NCBI GenBank assembly: GCA_951813075.1
Contig: OX638343.1
Coordinates: forward strand, 1,688,739-1,752,738
DNA length: 64,000 bases
Direction: 5' to 3'
Origin: Arenicellales bacterium
GTDB lineage: Bacteria > Pseudomonadota > Gammaproteobacteria > Arenicellales > JAJDZL01
Both the position numbers and the translations under genes were made by a program. The notes below the pieces were generated by a model. It made no database searches and was not told the DNA's origin. It was given only the letters and a program-made list of their open reading frames with translations. This document shows, in pieces, positions 11,652-21,979 of this stretch. Every line of letters begins with the position of its first letter. The first letter of the stretch is position 1.

Positions 11652-12680
11652 ATGAGTGATTTTCCAAAAGTCACCCTAAAAGATATTGCCATCCAGGTTG
11701 GAATATCGACTGCGACAGTATCCCGAGCGCTTGCTGGGCATCCTGGCATCTCAGATGAAACGCGTAACCGGGTTCTTGAATCAGCAACACAACTCGGATA
11801 CAAAAAAAACAAAAAATTAGAGTATCCGCGCGGAAATAATAAGAATCTTCGTGGAGTAGTTGGTGTTGTAGTCGCAGCGTTGCACAACGCTTTCTATCCA
11901 TATCTGGTGGATTGGATTCATGACGAGTTGGATGCTCAAGGATTTGACACAATTCTCATGATCGACGAAGTTTTCGGCACGGGTAATAGCCGAAAGATTG
12001 AAACATTGATTGATGCATCGATCGATGGCGTAATTTACGCAACCGCTTCAATCGGATCGTCGACTGTCGATTTTCTTGTCGAACGTAAAATTCCAACCGT
12101 ACTCGTGATCCGGTCCAACAAACGAGAAAACGTAGATATTGTAGAAAGCGATAACAATATGATAGGGGTTGAGGCAATTAACCACCTATTAGAACTTGGT
12201 CACCGCCGAATTGGCTTTATTATGGGGCCTAAGAATACTTCGACGAGTCTCGACCGCTACGTTGCATGCATAAAAGAACTCAAGAAAGCGAATATTCCTC
12301 CCCCTGAAGATTGGGTGGTCTGGGGCAGTTATTCACACGATCATGGCTATTCCGGCATCGTCAGTCTAATGAACTCCGCAAACCTGCCAACGGCCGTTTT
12401 CTGCGCGAATGACCTGATTGCGATTGGCGCACTTGATGCGTGCCACAAGTTTGGAATCAAGGTTCCAGAGGATGTATCGATCATTGGGGTGGACGATATC
12501 CCCATGGCTAGCTGGTCAATAATTGGGTTGACCACAGTCCGCCAATCGATTCGGGAAATCGGCAGACTTTCCGCGCAGCGAATCGTTACTCGTATTCGAG
12601 GAGAGCCAGACGATAGCATATATCACGATATTCTTCCTACAAGCATTGTAAGGAGAGGTACTACAGCGCCTCCCAAATGA
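11652..12680 (+). CDS. LacI family transcriptional regulator
   Basis: TLKDIAIQVGISTATVSRAL HTH; GHRRIGFI, ANDLIAIG, LTTVRQ sugar-binding domain. Confidence 0.95.
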   Translation: MSDFPKVTLKDIAIQVGISTATVSRALAGHPGISDETRNRVLESATQLGYKKNKKLEYPRGNNKNLRGVVGVVVAALHNAFYPYLVDWIHDELDAQGFDTILMIDEVFGTGNSRKIETLIDASIDGVIYATASIGSSTVDFLVERKIPTVLVIRSNKRENVDIVESDNNMIGVEAINHLLELGHRRIGFIMGPKNTSTSLDRYVACIKELKKANIPPPEDWVVWGSYSHDHGYSGIVSLMNSANLPTAVFCANDLIAIGALDACHKFGIKVPEDVSIIGVDDIPMASWSIIGLTTVRQSIREIGRLSAQRIVTRIRGEPDDSIYHDILPTSIVRRGTTAPPK

Positions 12681-12808
12681 CTTTTATAGCGAATAGGCTG
12701 AAATCGCTTATGCTGGTGCATGTTTGGTAGATTGACTGGCTGAATTGATTACGCGCTCGCCAGCGTTGCGAAACGAATTGCGAAATACATCATAACAAAG
12801 ATGTAGTC

Positions 12809-13063
12809 ATGTCTGGATTTTCTTCAATTGAATGGACTGAAGTCACGTGGAATCCGGCCCGAAAGCGAGACCAATGCAAGCAGATTGGGTACGTGAGATC
12901 CGAAAATCTGCGTAGATATAGGAGTACCGTTCTTTTTAAGCAATGGGGAGGGGTCTGCAAGAAAAAGACTGGTAGAACTCTTGATGGTAGAACATGGGAT
13001 GAAATGCCCCCGGAAGGTTGGCTGTATGAAATTACGCCAGCCCGAAAAATTTTTCAAATCTGA
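12809..13063 (+). pseudogene. Internally deleted DUF5131 (phage Gp37/Gp68-like) gene
   Basis: N-terminal SSIEWTEVTWNP lies close to C-terminal FKQWGG...GRTLDGRTWDEMP; the central region is absent (84 aa only). Confidence 0.75.
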
Positions 13064-13241
13064 TTTGTGAAGCGGCTGGATATGGTGTTGGTACCCCGGT
13101 CTATTACTTCGGTTAATTTGGTTTTACCATCAGTTGATCTTCTCCGCGGCTCTGTCGGCGTTGAATATGCACGATTTGTTAAATGTGCTTAACCGGATTG
13201 CCGAGACGTTCGAAATCCCCGGTTTTTCGACATCACAACTA

Positions 13242-14276
13242 TCAGTCCGCCAAAGCTTCCCGTACGATTTGTTGAAAACGTGCGACATGGCTTTCCATCA
13301 CGGGTGACAACGGACCGGGCAGATACGAACCCGATTGCATATTTCGAGTCACCTGACTGCAGATGCTGAAATCTTCCTCAACAATCTGCTTCGCCCACTG
13401 GAATGACTCTTCTCTTTCGCTCTCACTTAGTCCGGAATACCAAGCCCAGTTTTTTGAGATGACCGTTGTCGTATTCATCGAATCGACCCGTTCGGCCTTG
13501 AATGTATTCTGACCAAGAACCAACTGCAATCCGGGGAAGTGATAAATCCACATCCCTTTTCGCCCGCGCAGGGACTCACCGCCTCCGCCACTCCCGTGCG
13601 TGACATCAAATACAACGGAACGACCGTCATTCACGGAATACAGTTCCACTCCGCCATCTGCGATTGCTCGGCCAAGTCGGGGGTGAACCAAATTCAGATG
13701 ATATCCCTCGACAGTGTTATCGCAATATGTCTTCCAATTCAAATCACCGGTCACGATAAACTCACCGTAGTAGTCCAAGTCAGCAGGTCCCGCGAACGAT
13801 TGACTCAGCGAATCGACCTCACCGATCCATTCATTGAAATCTACACCAAGTTCAGGATTGATCTTGACAAAAACGAGATCGTTCCAGATGTGTAATCCGA
13901 TCTCCTGCAACGATAGCTTGTCACAGTATTGTTTCAGATCCACACCAAATTTCGGTGCTCTCAGCAATTGACCGCGATCGTCGTACAACCAACCATGATA
14001 GGGACAGCGAATCGCTTTCGCCGTTCCCACACCTTCGGGTAATACACTTGCGCCACGATGGCGGCATACATTGAGAAAAGCACGTAATTCTCCATCCTCG
14101 GACCGAATAACGAATACAGGCCATCCGCAAATTCTGTCGCTGACATAGTCACCTGGATTCGCAAGTCGTCGCAACGGACCGATCAACCACCAAGTGGGCC
14201 CAAAGATTCGCTCCCGTTCTTTCTGATACACCGCATGATCGACATACCAATCGGGTGCCAAAGACTCAGTAAACAT
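13242..14276 (-). CDS. Rieske non-heme iron oxygenase alpha subunit (choline monooxygenase-like)
   Basis: Rieske CRH...CPYH ligands; NWK..DN..EGYH...VH mononuclear Fe motif; EEDFSIC. Confidence 0.88.
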   Translation of the reverse strand: MFTESLAPDWYVDHAVYQKERERIFGPTWWLIGPLRRLANPGDYVSDRICGWPVFVIRSEDGELRAFLNVCRHRGASVLPEGVGTAKAIRCPYHGWLYDDRGQLLRAPKFGVDLKQYCDKLSLQEIGLHIWNDLVFVKINPELGVDFNEWIGEVDSLSQSFAGPADLDYYGEFIVTGDLNWKTYCDNTVEGYHLNLVHPRLGRAIADGGVELYSVNDGRSVVFDVTHGSGGGGESLRGRKGMWIYHFPGLQLVLGQNTFKAERVDSMNTTTVISKNWAWYSGLSESEREESFQWAKQIVEEDFSICSQVTRNMQSGSYLPGPLSPVMESHVARFQQIVREALAD

Positions 14277-15428
14277 CTTTCATCAAACTCGAATGTGCGG
14301 AAAAACAAGAATCGTCGATCACGCATTATTACATATCACAAGCAATTTGATAATCAATCGAATATTCATGTGATACTCAATGATTGATGCTTCTACAGAC
14401 TGCGCGAGAATTCAATGGTGTAAAACCGATGCCTTAACGTTGGAGCGATGTTTTTAATTGCGGTGGTTTATTCTGGAGGCCAGATTGGTGGAGGTTGAAG
14501 GGATTTACGGGGTGATAGAGCTGGATTCGAGCGCTGTAGGTGAACGTAGTCCGGGATTCGGCTGCGCGCAGAACTGACTTTACAGATTACGTCCGCGCAC
14601 CAACCACCACGCCTGCCGCTGTTGCGGTTTTCGCCGTCAACAGCCAGTTTAGTGCGCTTAGTCGCATAATCGATTCGCTGCAGAAGTTTATAAAGCAACA
14701 GAGAATGCCACAACCGGGTAAACGAGCCAGCAACTCAGACACCCGCCACCGGGTTAAATTGGCAAGGCTAAAGGCTCTCCCAAATTTTCGCCAGCTAAGT
14801 CCGTTCAAACTAAATATCAAAGGAAATGATTTACGCGGAGAGTCGTTCCGAGTTACGATTGACGCCGATCGCAACGAAAAACGAGTGAGTTTCTCCCGCC
14901 GTTTGAGCGCATTGAAACAGAATGCTCGATTCTGTTTCAGCATCCATCAACTAACTCCTGCCAACATCAAATATGCCGCCAGTGCAGTAACACCGCATGG
15001 CCAATGTCAGGGAAGAAATTAGGCCAGCTTGCCGACAAAATAAAAATCTACCGTCCCGTTTTCTTGAATTCTGCGCACAACTGGTATTGGTAACCCAGCA
15101 GTATCATTCCCCGCTACGCGCGGGTGACACTACCCAACCCGCTGAATTTGTACGCCCCAGTCGTCTTTGTAAACCAGAGCCGAAGACAGCGCCTCGAAGA
15201 GCGGATGCCTCGAATTTCCCAATTCTATCAACTGCTGCCCGACAGAGCTACTTGAATTCACTTCGCAGGAGTTGGATTGGTGAAATGGTGAAGTGCGCCA
15301 GATAAATGGAGATTTTCGACGGCGATGACGAAGGAGTGAGGGGGTAAATGCCAGAACGCCTGCGAAGCAGAGCTAACGCCTAGATATCTTATCAGATACA
15401 ATACGAAGCACAACTGGAGGTGATCGAC

Positions 15429-15653
15429 ATGAAAGGGAAAGACAAAGTAGACGATTCGCAGGAGAGGATACATCCCAGCGAAACGGAAATTTCCTGTCTT
15501 CTTCAAGAGGCAGCACAGCAGTACGAAGAGTGCATGCGACTTGCCGATCTGGCCGATATTGCCGATCAGGGCAAACTCAACCGTCCCAGATACAGTTGGG
15601 ATAATCCAATCGGACTTGTTGTTATGGATCGATCAGATGCCAAGTTGGTTTGA
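15429..15653 (+). CDS. Small hypothetical protein (74 aa) coupled to the protease gene
   Basis: Strong SD GGAGGTGAT before ATG 15429; stop overlaps the start of the next gene. Confidence 0.55.
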   Translation: MKGKDKVDDSQERIHPSETEISCLLQEAAQQYEECMRLADLADIADQGKLNRPRYSWDNPIGLVVMDRSDAKLV

Positions 15654-16563
15654 TCTGCAGAATGACATAAGACGTATCGAACCGGACCAACGAGGCAACT
15701 ACATCGCGGAGAAATCGCGGGAATCGGTGGATCTCATCGCTGATCAATATGATCGCAACGTCCTGTATTATGCCTCTGGTTTTTTGCAGAAGCCCCATGT
15801 CCCAGGGCTCTACACGTTGATTACCATGGAAGATATCAATGGCTTCATGGCTGGAGTACATGGTCATGACTTCAAAAAAAACCTCCTTTTGATCCTGCAT
15901 ACACCCGGTGGTATGGCAGAGGCGGCTCAGACGGTTGTCGAGTATCTGCGAAGCAAGTTCTCCACAATTGACGTTCTGATCCCCACATATGCGATGTCCG
16001 CGGGTACGATGATCGCACTCGGATGCGACAGAATTGTGATGGGGCGTCAGAGTCAGTTGGGCCCAACGGACCCACAGCTCATTGTAAGCGATCGCCCATT
16101 TTCGGCGCATTCGATTGTTGAGCAATTCGAAGAAGCGAAGATCCAGATTTCCGCTAACCCCATCATAGCTCACGCCTGGGCGCCGGTATTACGATCTTTT
16201 GGGCCAGCATTGCTTCAGGAAGCTCGAAAGTCAATTGCGTATGGCGAATCGCTTGTACAGGACTGGTTAACACGGTACATGTTTTCGGAACGGGATGACC
16301 CGGTAGCTCTTGCCAGTGCGGTGGCAGCGCACTTTGGTGGTAACCAACACGGTAGCCACGGCAGACGGATCGATCGCGACGAGGTAAGGCAACAACAACT
16401 GGAAGTCATCGATCTTGAAGACAACCAAGAATTACAGGAAGAGGTGTTGACTCTCTATCACTTGTCAACCATCGCGTTTGAAATGGGACCGGCCGTGAAG
16501 TCTGTCGTGAGCAGCAACGGGCGATTTTGGATCAAAAACATGCAGATGGAAGCTGTTGTCTAA
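15637..16563 (+). CDS. SDH family Clp-fold serine proteinase
   Basis: LILHTPGG, AMSAGTMIAL (catalytic Ser), SQLGPTDPQ, SHGRRI; start MPSW at 15637. Confidence 0.85.
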   Translation: MPSWFDLQNDIRRIEPDQRGNYIAEKSRESVDLIADQYDRNVLYYASGFLQKPHVPGLYTLITMEDINGFMAGVHGHDFKKNLLLILHTPGGMAEAAQTVVEYLRSKFSTIDVLIPTYAMSAGTMIALGCDRIVMGRQSQLGPTDPQLIVSDRPFSAHSIVEQFEEAKIQISANPIIAHAWAPVLRSFGPALLQEARKSIAYGESLVQDWLTRYMFSERDDPVALASAVAAHFGGNQHGSHGRRIDRDEVRQQQLEVIDLEDNQELQEEVLTLYHLSTIAFEMGPAVKSVVSSNGRFWIKNMQMEAVV

Positions 16564-16721
16564 CAGGGCTTACACGTCATAATCATATTACGTATCCAAA
16601 TTATGTCATTTCAAACTGTCCGTGACCAAGGGAGTGTGATATACACTTGATCACATAACCGAATGGTCTGGGTTGCTATGGCAGGCAATTAAACAGAACG
16701 GCCGATTATGTTTCGTTGGTT

Positions 16722-17399
16722 TCAGCCGTAAGGGTCAACAGGTGAAAATATGTGTGTCAGATCGGGGAGTATCCGTCTGGCAAGAAATAATCCAATTACG
16801 TCTATTCCAGGATACTGTTCCAGCAATATGGATTCAATCGCTTTGAAATGCGCGCCTGTGGTTATAACGTCGTCCACGATCGCGATCGTCGTGGGGCGGG
16901 GTGTACGCCGGTGATTCCTGAATTCGTAGGCATCAATGAGTTCGTGAGGTTTTAGTGCATGCGTGCTGCCATGTGACGAGCGGAGAGGTTTAGTCTGCTC
17001 AACGCATTCACTGATTCTTAGGACACCGACCTTTTTTCCTACGATTTTCAGCATCCTTGCCAGACGATCGTCATATAGCTCATGATTTTTCATGTTCGAT
17101 GGCGGGACTGGCACAAAAGTTATTGTGTCAAGGTTGAACGGTTTCAGCGCAATTGCAAAAGCGTCTGCGCGTTCGTTAATTGCCATTTGCTTATACTTCC
17201 ACTCCGGAGTACCGCTACGATCCATTGATCTCTTAAAATTGATTATAGTACGGTTCGTTTCGCTGTATTCATACCCCTCCCCGGGAGTATACTCACCCAG
17301 AAAATAGCACTCATCCTCTCCGGTAAGGTGATGATGAAAGTGATGAGTGAGTTCATCAATTTTTGTGAATCTAGTTGGGAAGGTGTTCTGCGATATCAT
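16722..17399 (-). CDS. Phosphoribosyltransferase-fold protein (partner of DprA-like protein)
   Basis: FVPVPPS, YDDRL, IVDDVITTGAH PRPP-binding loop; ATG 17399 overlaps the end of the DprA-like gene. Confidence 0.8.
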   Translation of the reverse strand: MISQNTFPTRFTKIDELTHHFHHHLTGEDECYFLGEYTPGEGYEYSETNRTIINFKRSMDRSGTPEWKYKQMAINERADAFAIALKPFNLDTITFVPVPPSNMKNHELYDDRLARMLKIVGKKVGVLRISECVEQTKPLRSSHGSTHALKPHELIDAYEFRNHRRTPRPTTIAIVDDVITTGAHFKAIESILLEQYPGIDVIGLFLARRILPDLTHIFSPVDPYG

Positions 17400-18270
17400 C
17401 GTAACCTCGAACCCTGATTGCACCTTTTCTTTTGAATTTTTCCGGCCAAGTGACATGAACGTTTCGAAAACAGCTGTCAAGAATAAAGAGCTTTCGTTTC
17501 TGATTAACAGCGGCCCGCGCTTGGGACAGTGTCCCCGATGTTTCTCCGGCTTCAATGATGATTGTCGCTTCAGTCAGAGCCGACATCGTCACATTCCGCT
17601 CCGGAAAAAAGATTCGATTATAACGATAGTCCTGTGATTCGTACCGAATTAACGGAACTTGGCTAATCACCAGCAGGTGTTTTGCGAGGTGATTTTGCAG
17701 TTCGTAATTTTCTTTTGGATAGACATGCGAGAGGGGCGTTCCAATTACTGCGACCGTGTTGCCATTTTCCTCTATAGCGGTTTTGTGGGCCATGGTGTCT
17801 ATTCCTGTGGCCAATCCTGATACAACCGTAAAACTGTTCTTTACCAGCTCCCGGACAACCTGCTGCGTTCTTGTCAGCCCATCTCGAGATGGGTTGCGAG
17901 TGCCTATAACAGCTATCGAACGGGATGCTACAAGATCCCACCAACCTCGGTAGTAAAACAATGCGATCGGGTATTTGGCATCTCTCAGTTTTTTAGGGTA
18001 TTCGCCCGCTCCATAAACGTGGATTCCGAACCAGTCAATATTGGCCTGGAAGAATCGATCTCTGACCAACCTAGCGCATTTATAGGCTTTTTCTTTATCG
18101 TTTACAAAATCTGACGGAACGCTGCCTGGGAGTTGGTCGAATTTGCTGGATAATGATTTGAAGGTTGTTTTTGGTTCAGTCCAAAGATATTCGTATGCCC
18201 CCATTTCCTTAAAAGGAGAAACGGGACAATTCTCTAGATTCGCACCGTTTAGGTTTAGCTTCCCTTGCAT
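17371..18270 (-). CDS. DprA/Smf-like DNA-processing protein
   Basis: YPKKLRDAKYP, IAVIGTR, VVSGLATGIDT, FPERN, IEAGETSGT. Confidence 0.9.
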   Translation of the reverse strand: MQGKLNLNGANLENCPVSPFKEMGAYEYLWTEPKTTFKSLSSKFDQLPGSVPSDFVNDKEKAYKCARLVRDRFFQANIDWFGIHVYGAGEYPKKLRDAKYPIALFYYRGWWDLVASRSIAVIGTRNPSRDGLTRTQQVVRELVKNSFTVVSGLATGIDTMAHKTAIEENGNTVAVIGTPLSHVYPKENYELQNHLAKHLLVISQVPLIRYESQDYRYNRIFFPERNVTMSALTEATIIIEAGETSGTLSQARAAVNQKRKLFILDSCFRNVHVTWPEKFKRKGAIRVRGYDDIAEHLPN

Positions 18271-18952
18271 TTCTTCGCTTCTTGCGGTAGAAATTTGAAC
18301 TTTGTAGAACGTACAATTACACATTATAGATTAACTAAACCTTAGCCACTTTCGGTGGTAAAGTCTAAAAATATTTTCAGCCAATTGAGCAATGTGTCAA
18401 ATGGGATGTGTCTTGGTCTGTAATTCCTGGACACGGTTATGTAATTGTTTAAGCGGATAAAATCAAAGAGCAAGATAGTGGCAAGTCGGTCGATTTTCAC
18501 TGGACAGCAACGGATGAATTTGGTGTTGCAGCTGTTGTGACGCGAGGACACTGAGGTGTTAATTGAATGTGTAGCCGGCATCAGTGAACCGATCTCGTAC
18601 CGATAACGCGTGGAATTTATTGCGAGGCGCAGCTGGCGGAGCGCGACCACTCGGTCTGCGAGTGATCGCTGGACAACCGGATACTTCAAAACACCGCCTG
18701 GAGCGGTACCATTCTGTGTAATTGAAAGCGATGATTGAAAGAGGCTGTCAGGAGAGCAACACCGGGGGGTTCCGTCGCGAGTTGCTAAAGCATCCTGGAA
18801 TCAGTCGCTGGAGCCGGAATTCGAAACCCAGGAAATGGGGCAGGCTGTCGAGCATCACTTTGTGTAGACCAGCTTGACGCAGTCTGAACCGGACGAGCCT
18901 GTCCTGATGCTTCTGGTCCTTGCGATAGCAACGAACGTGAGCGACAGTTTCG

Positions 18953-19888
18953 CTACCGTATCAATTTCTTTCGTAATTTAAGAATTTGCAACAAACGGCC
19001 GTCCATTAGGGCAAGCCCCAGCGCGATCAATGCCATACCCACAACCTGAATCAGAGTCAATGACTCATCAAGAATGCTGACGCCAAGTAGAATTGCAGAG
19101 ACCGGAATCAGAAAGGCAACCAGCATTGTGTTGGTAGCGCCGGCTTGCGATAGAATCCTGAAATACAGAACATAAGCAAGCGCAGTCGACAGCAACGATA
19201 CGCCCGAAACCGCCGCAATAACTTCAATGCTCGGGAAGACAAATTCAAACGACCGATCAAAATACAGCGCAGTCGGTATCAGCACCAGCGATGACATCGT
19301 CACCTGACCCGTTATAAATGCACTCGGCATCAGCCTTATTTCTTTGAATCTCCTCGCATATACGGCAGACAAAGCATAAAAGAATGCTGCACCTAACATC
19401 GCACACTGTGCGATTACATCGCTACCAATTCCAGACAACGCAGAGGGTCCGATCATTACGACAACACCCATCAGTCCGATAATGACGCTGACAATACGTT
19501 GCAGTGTCATTCTCTCATCAGGTAGCAGTACCCCGGCGATGACCACCACAAATAGAGGAGCAGTCGAATTGATGATCGAAGCAAGAGATCCGGAAATTTC
19601 TGTCTGAGCGAACGCAATCAGTGAAAATGGAATTGCATTGTTCAAAATACCCATAATCAAGAACGCACCCCATAAATGAAGATTGCGGGGAATGCTGCGG
19701 TTGGTCGCCAACATGAAAATCCAATAGACCAATGCTGCACCCACGACTCGCAACATCGATAGTGTCAAAGGTGGAATTTCCTGCAACGCAATTTCGTTGA
19801 ACAAAAAGGACCCACCCCACAACATCGATAGCACGACAAGCATCAGCCATGTTTGAAGTGACATTCGGATTGGAATCTGTACCGACAT
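18953..19888 (-). CDS. DMT/EamA family transporter
   Basis: About 10 TM segments, WGGSFLF, NNAIPFSLI, STALAYVLYFRI. Confidence 0.92.
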   Translation of the reverse strand: MSVQIPIRMSLQTWLMLVVLSMLWGGSFLFNEIALQEIPPLTLSMLRVVGAALVYWIFMLATNRSIPRNLHLWGAFLIMGILNNAIPFSLIAFAQTEISGSLASIINSTAPLFVVVIAGVLLPDERMTLQRIVSVIIGLMGVVVMIGPSALSGIGSDVIAQCAMLGAAFFYALSAVYARRFKEIRLMPSAFITGQVTMSSLVLIPTALYFDRSFEFVFPSIEVIAAVSGVSLLSTALAYVLYFRILSQAGATNTMLVAFLIPVSAILLGVSILDESLTLIQVVGMALIALGLALMDGRLLQILKLRKKLIR

Positions 19889-20052
19889 GGTTCTCTATTT
19901 TGCTCGCCAGACAATCACAGTCAATCCGAATCTTGCCAAAATCCAAGTTTGGCAGTTTTGCAGGATCCGAACAATTTCAAGGATTTCACCGTAGCCAGGC
20001 GACCCAAAGTCAACCTTGAAATAAACCGAGATTTACCCGAATTCACTATCAG

Positions 20053-20856
20053 TCACGATTGAAGATTCTGTATGAACTTGACCATCTCGATAGCGACTTC
20101 ATTTCCGGCTTCAAGAAGAATTGAGTGCTTGTAATCTGGTAGTATCAGCAACTGTGAATTTGGGAGTTCATCAGCAATTAAACGGTTGAGTCGAGGATTA
20201 CACCCGCCGTCGTTCTCTCCCGTCAGAACCAGAGTCGGCTGTGTGATTTCATGTAACCATGGGAGCATTTCGGTTCCTGCGTAGATTCTGAATACATTGA
20301 GAAAAACTTCCGAATCTGTCTCGATCACCTGTTTTAATCGCGCCTCGACAATTTCGGGATGTTGCTTGATGAATTGATCCGTAAACCATCGCTGAGTCAG
20401 CGTTGACAGAACGTCCGCGATGCCTCTACGCTCCATTTCGCGAACTACATACCAGACTTTGTTGCTGTCGTCATCTGTTCGGCCGGCGGCAGTGGACAGC
20501 AGACACAGCGATAACACGCGATCAGGATATTCTCTTGCGTAAGCCGGTCCTATCATTCCGCCTAAAGAATGTCCGGCAAAATGAGCGCTCTCAAATCCGC
20601 TACTCTTTCGAATCTGTTCAAGGTCGTCAACCAGCTCATCCATTCCGAATTCGCTGTCAGGCCGTTTTGAACTGCCGTGTCCCCTGAGGTCGTAGGTGAT
20701 TACTGTGAAATGCTCCGTCAGCACCGGCAGTAGGAATCTCCACGCATTTCTCGCAGCACCGATGCCGTGAATCAGGAAAAGTGGAGGTCCCTCCCCTGCT
20801 ACACTGAAATCGCTATCAGCCATCCGATCAGAATCCCGCTTGGTTAATCCAGTCAA
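20053..20856 (-). CDS. Alpha/beta hydrolase (enol-lactonase-like)
   Basis: HGIG, YDLRGHG, GHSLGG nucleophile elbow, GEND, KHS. Confidence 0.88.
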   Translation of the reverse strand: MTGLTKRDSDRMADSDFSVAGEGPPLFLIHGIGAARNAWRFLLPVLTEHFTVITYDLRGHGSSKRPDSEFGMDELVDDLEQIRKSSGFESAHFAGHSLGGMIGPAYAREYPDRVLSLCLLSTAAGRTDDDSNKVWYVVREMERRGIADVLSTLTQRWFTDQFIKQHPEIVEARLKQVIETDSEVFLNVFRIYAGTEMLPWLHEITQPTLVLTGENDGGCNPRLNRLIADELPNSQLLILPDYKHSILLEAGNEVAIEMVKFIQNLQS

Positions 20857-21866
20857 TTGACGAAGTGAGGCATGACTTCCTCACCGAGCATTTGAACACA
20901 CTCAAGCTGCTCTGTCTGATTGACTCCAAAATTGATGTTGAATACCATGCGATCAATACCAAGTTCCGCATAAGGTGCGAGCTTGTCGGCCATCTCATCT
21001 GGCGAACAGATCAAAATATTTGCCGCCAACTCCTTCAATGTCTGATTTCTGGGTAGTGGACGAATCATCCCCGAATCAACAATTCCAGGTCCGGTGAACA
21101 CATTGTCAAATCGACTGTAGTACGCTTGTGCTGTTTCAATATGCCTGAGGCGTGCACGCTCGTCTTTAGAGATGAACGCAACTCTCGAAAGAGTCAGGGT
21201 GATATTGTTCTCGCCAAGTTCGCTTTTCGCCTGATTGAAACTCTCTACCTGTCTTTCCAGCAACTCCTGATTGCCCGAAAGGGGTGTTGTCTGAATATGC
21301 ATACCCTTCCTTGCGTAACTGTAAACATTGGTGGGATTTACGACGGCGATCATCATCGGCGGTCCGCCTGGCCTTACCGGACGCGGCATGATTGTCAGCG
21401 ACTCAAAATTGTAGTGCTGCCCACTCCACGATACCTCTTCATCGGAAAGCAGAGTTTGAAGCACCTCAAGTGATTCGTCGAAGCGCTCCTGAGTCTCCGC
21501 TATTGGCACACCCAATCGCTCCATCTCGAACTTGTAGGCACCGCGACCGACACCAAGAAGCAGTCGCTGCTCGGTGAAAATATCTGCCGCCACAATTTCA
21601 CCAGCGAAAACGCGCATGTCATGCAAGGGCAGAACAACCACCGCGGTAATAATTTTGATGCGCTTGGTGTGTGCCGCAATCTTGACTGCGAATTGCAAAG
21701 GCGCAGGCATCATCAGGCAGTTGATCAAATGATGCTCAGTAATGGCAACCGACTCAAATCCCAATCGATCTGCCAATTCGGCCTGCTCGATCATGTCCTG
21801 ATAGACCCTGTCGCCACCGTAGGACTTGTCGGGATAATCTGCTGACAGCTGAATACAGAATTCCAT
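20853..21866 (-). CDS. LLM class flavin-dependent oxidoreductase
   Basis: AELADRLGFESVAITEHH, LLLGVGRGAY luciferase-like motifs. Confidence 0.9.
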   Translation of the reverse strand: MEFCIQLSADYPDKSYGGDRVYQDMIEQAELADRLGFESVAITEHHLINCLMMPAPLQFAVKIAAHTKRIKIITAVVVLPLHDMRVFAGEIVAADIFTEQRLLLGVGRGAYKFEMERLGVPIAETQERFDESLEVLQTLLSDEEVSWSGQHYNFESLTIMPRPVRPGGPPMMIAVVNPTNVYSYARKGMHIQTTPLSGNQELLERQVESFNQAKSELGENNITLTLSRVAFISKDERARLRHIETAQAYYSRFDNVFTGPGIVDSGMIRPLPRNQTLKELAANILICSPDEMADKLAPYAELGIDRMVFNINFGVNQTEQLECVQMLGEEVMPHFVN

Positions 21867-21979
21867 CAGATCAGTTCTATCAGTCAGTTATTGTCGCCGG
21901 CTGAGTCTCGGCAAGGTTCAGAATTTGGGGCTTCGCTGGTTCCGATTGGCGAATCGTCAGGCAACCAAAATTCAAGACT

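Noticed and set aside
14481-14505. TGGTGGAGGTTGAAGGGATTT, resembling the reverse complement of a tRNA/tmRNA 3' end (possible att site)
   Set aside because: No T-loop (GTTCRA) or cloverleaf, and no partner copy or integrase in the window
14400-15400. About 1 kb gap with several overlapping short ORFs
   Set aside because: No recognisable motifs, RBS or RNA structure; probably decayed DNA
18470-18930. Possible ISAs1-like transposase debris
   Set aside because: Similarity limited to a few scattered residues across frames
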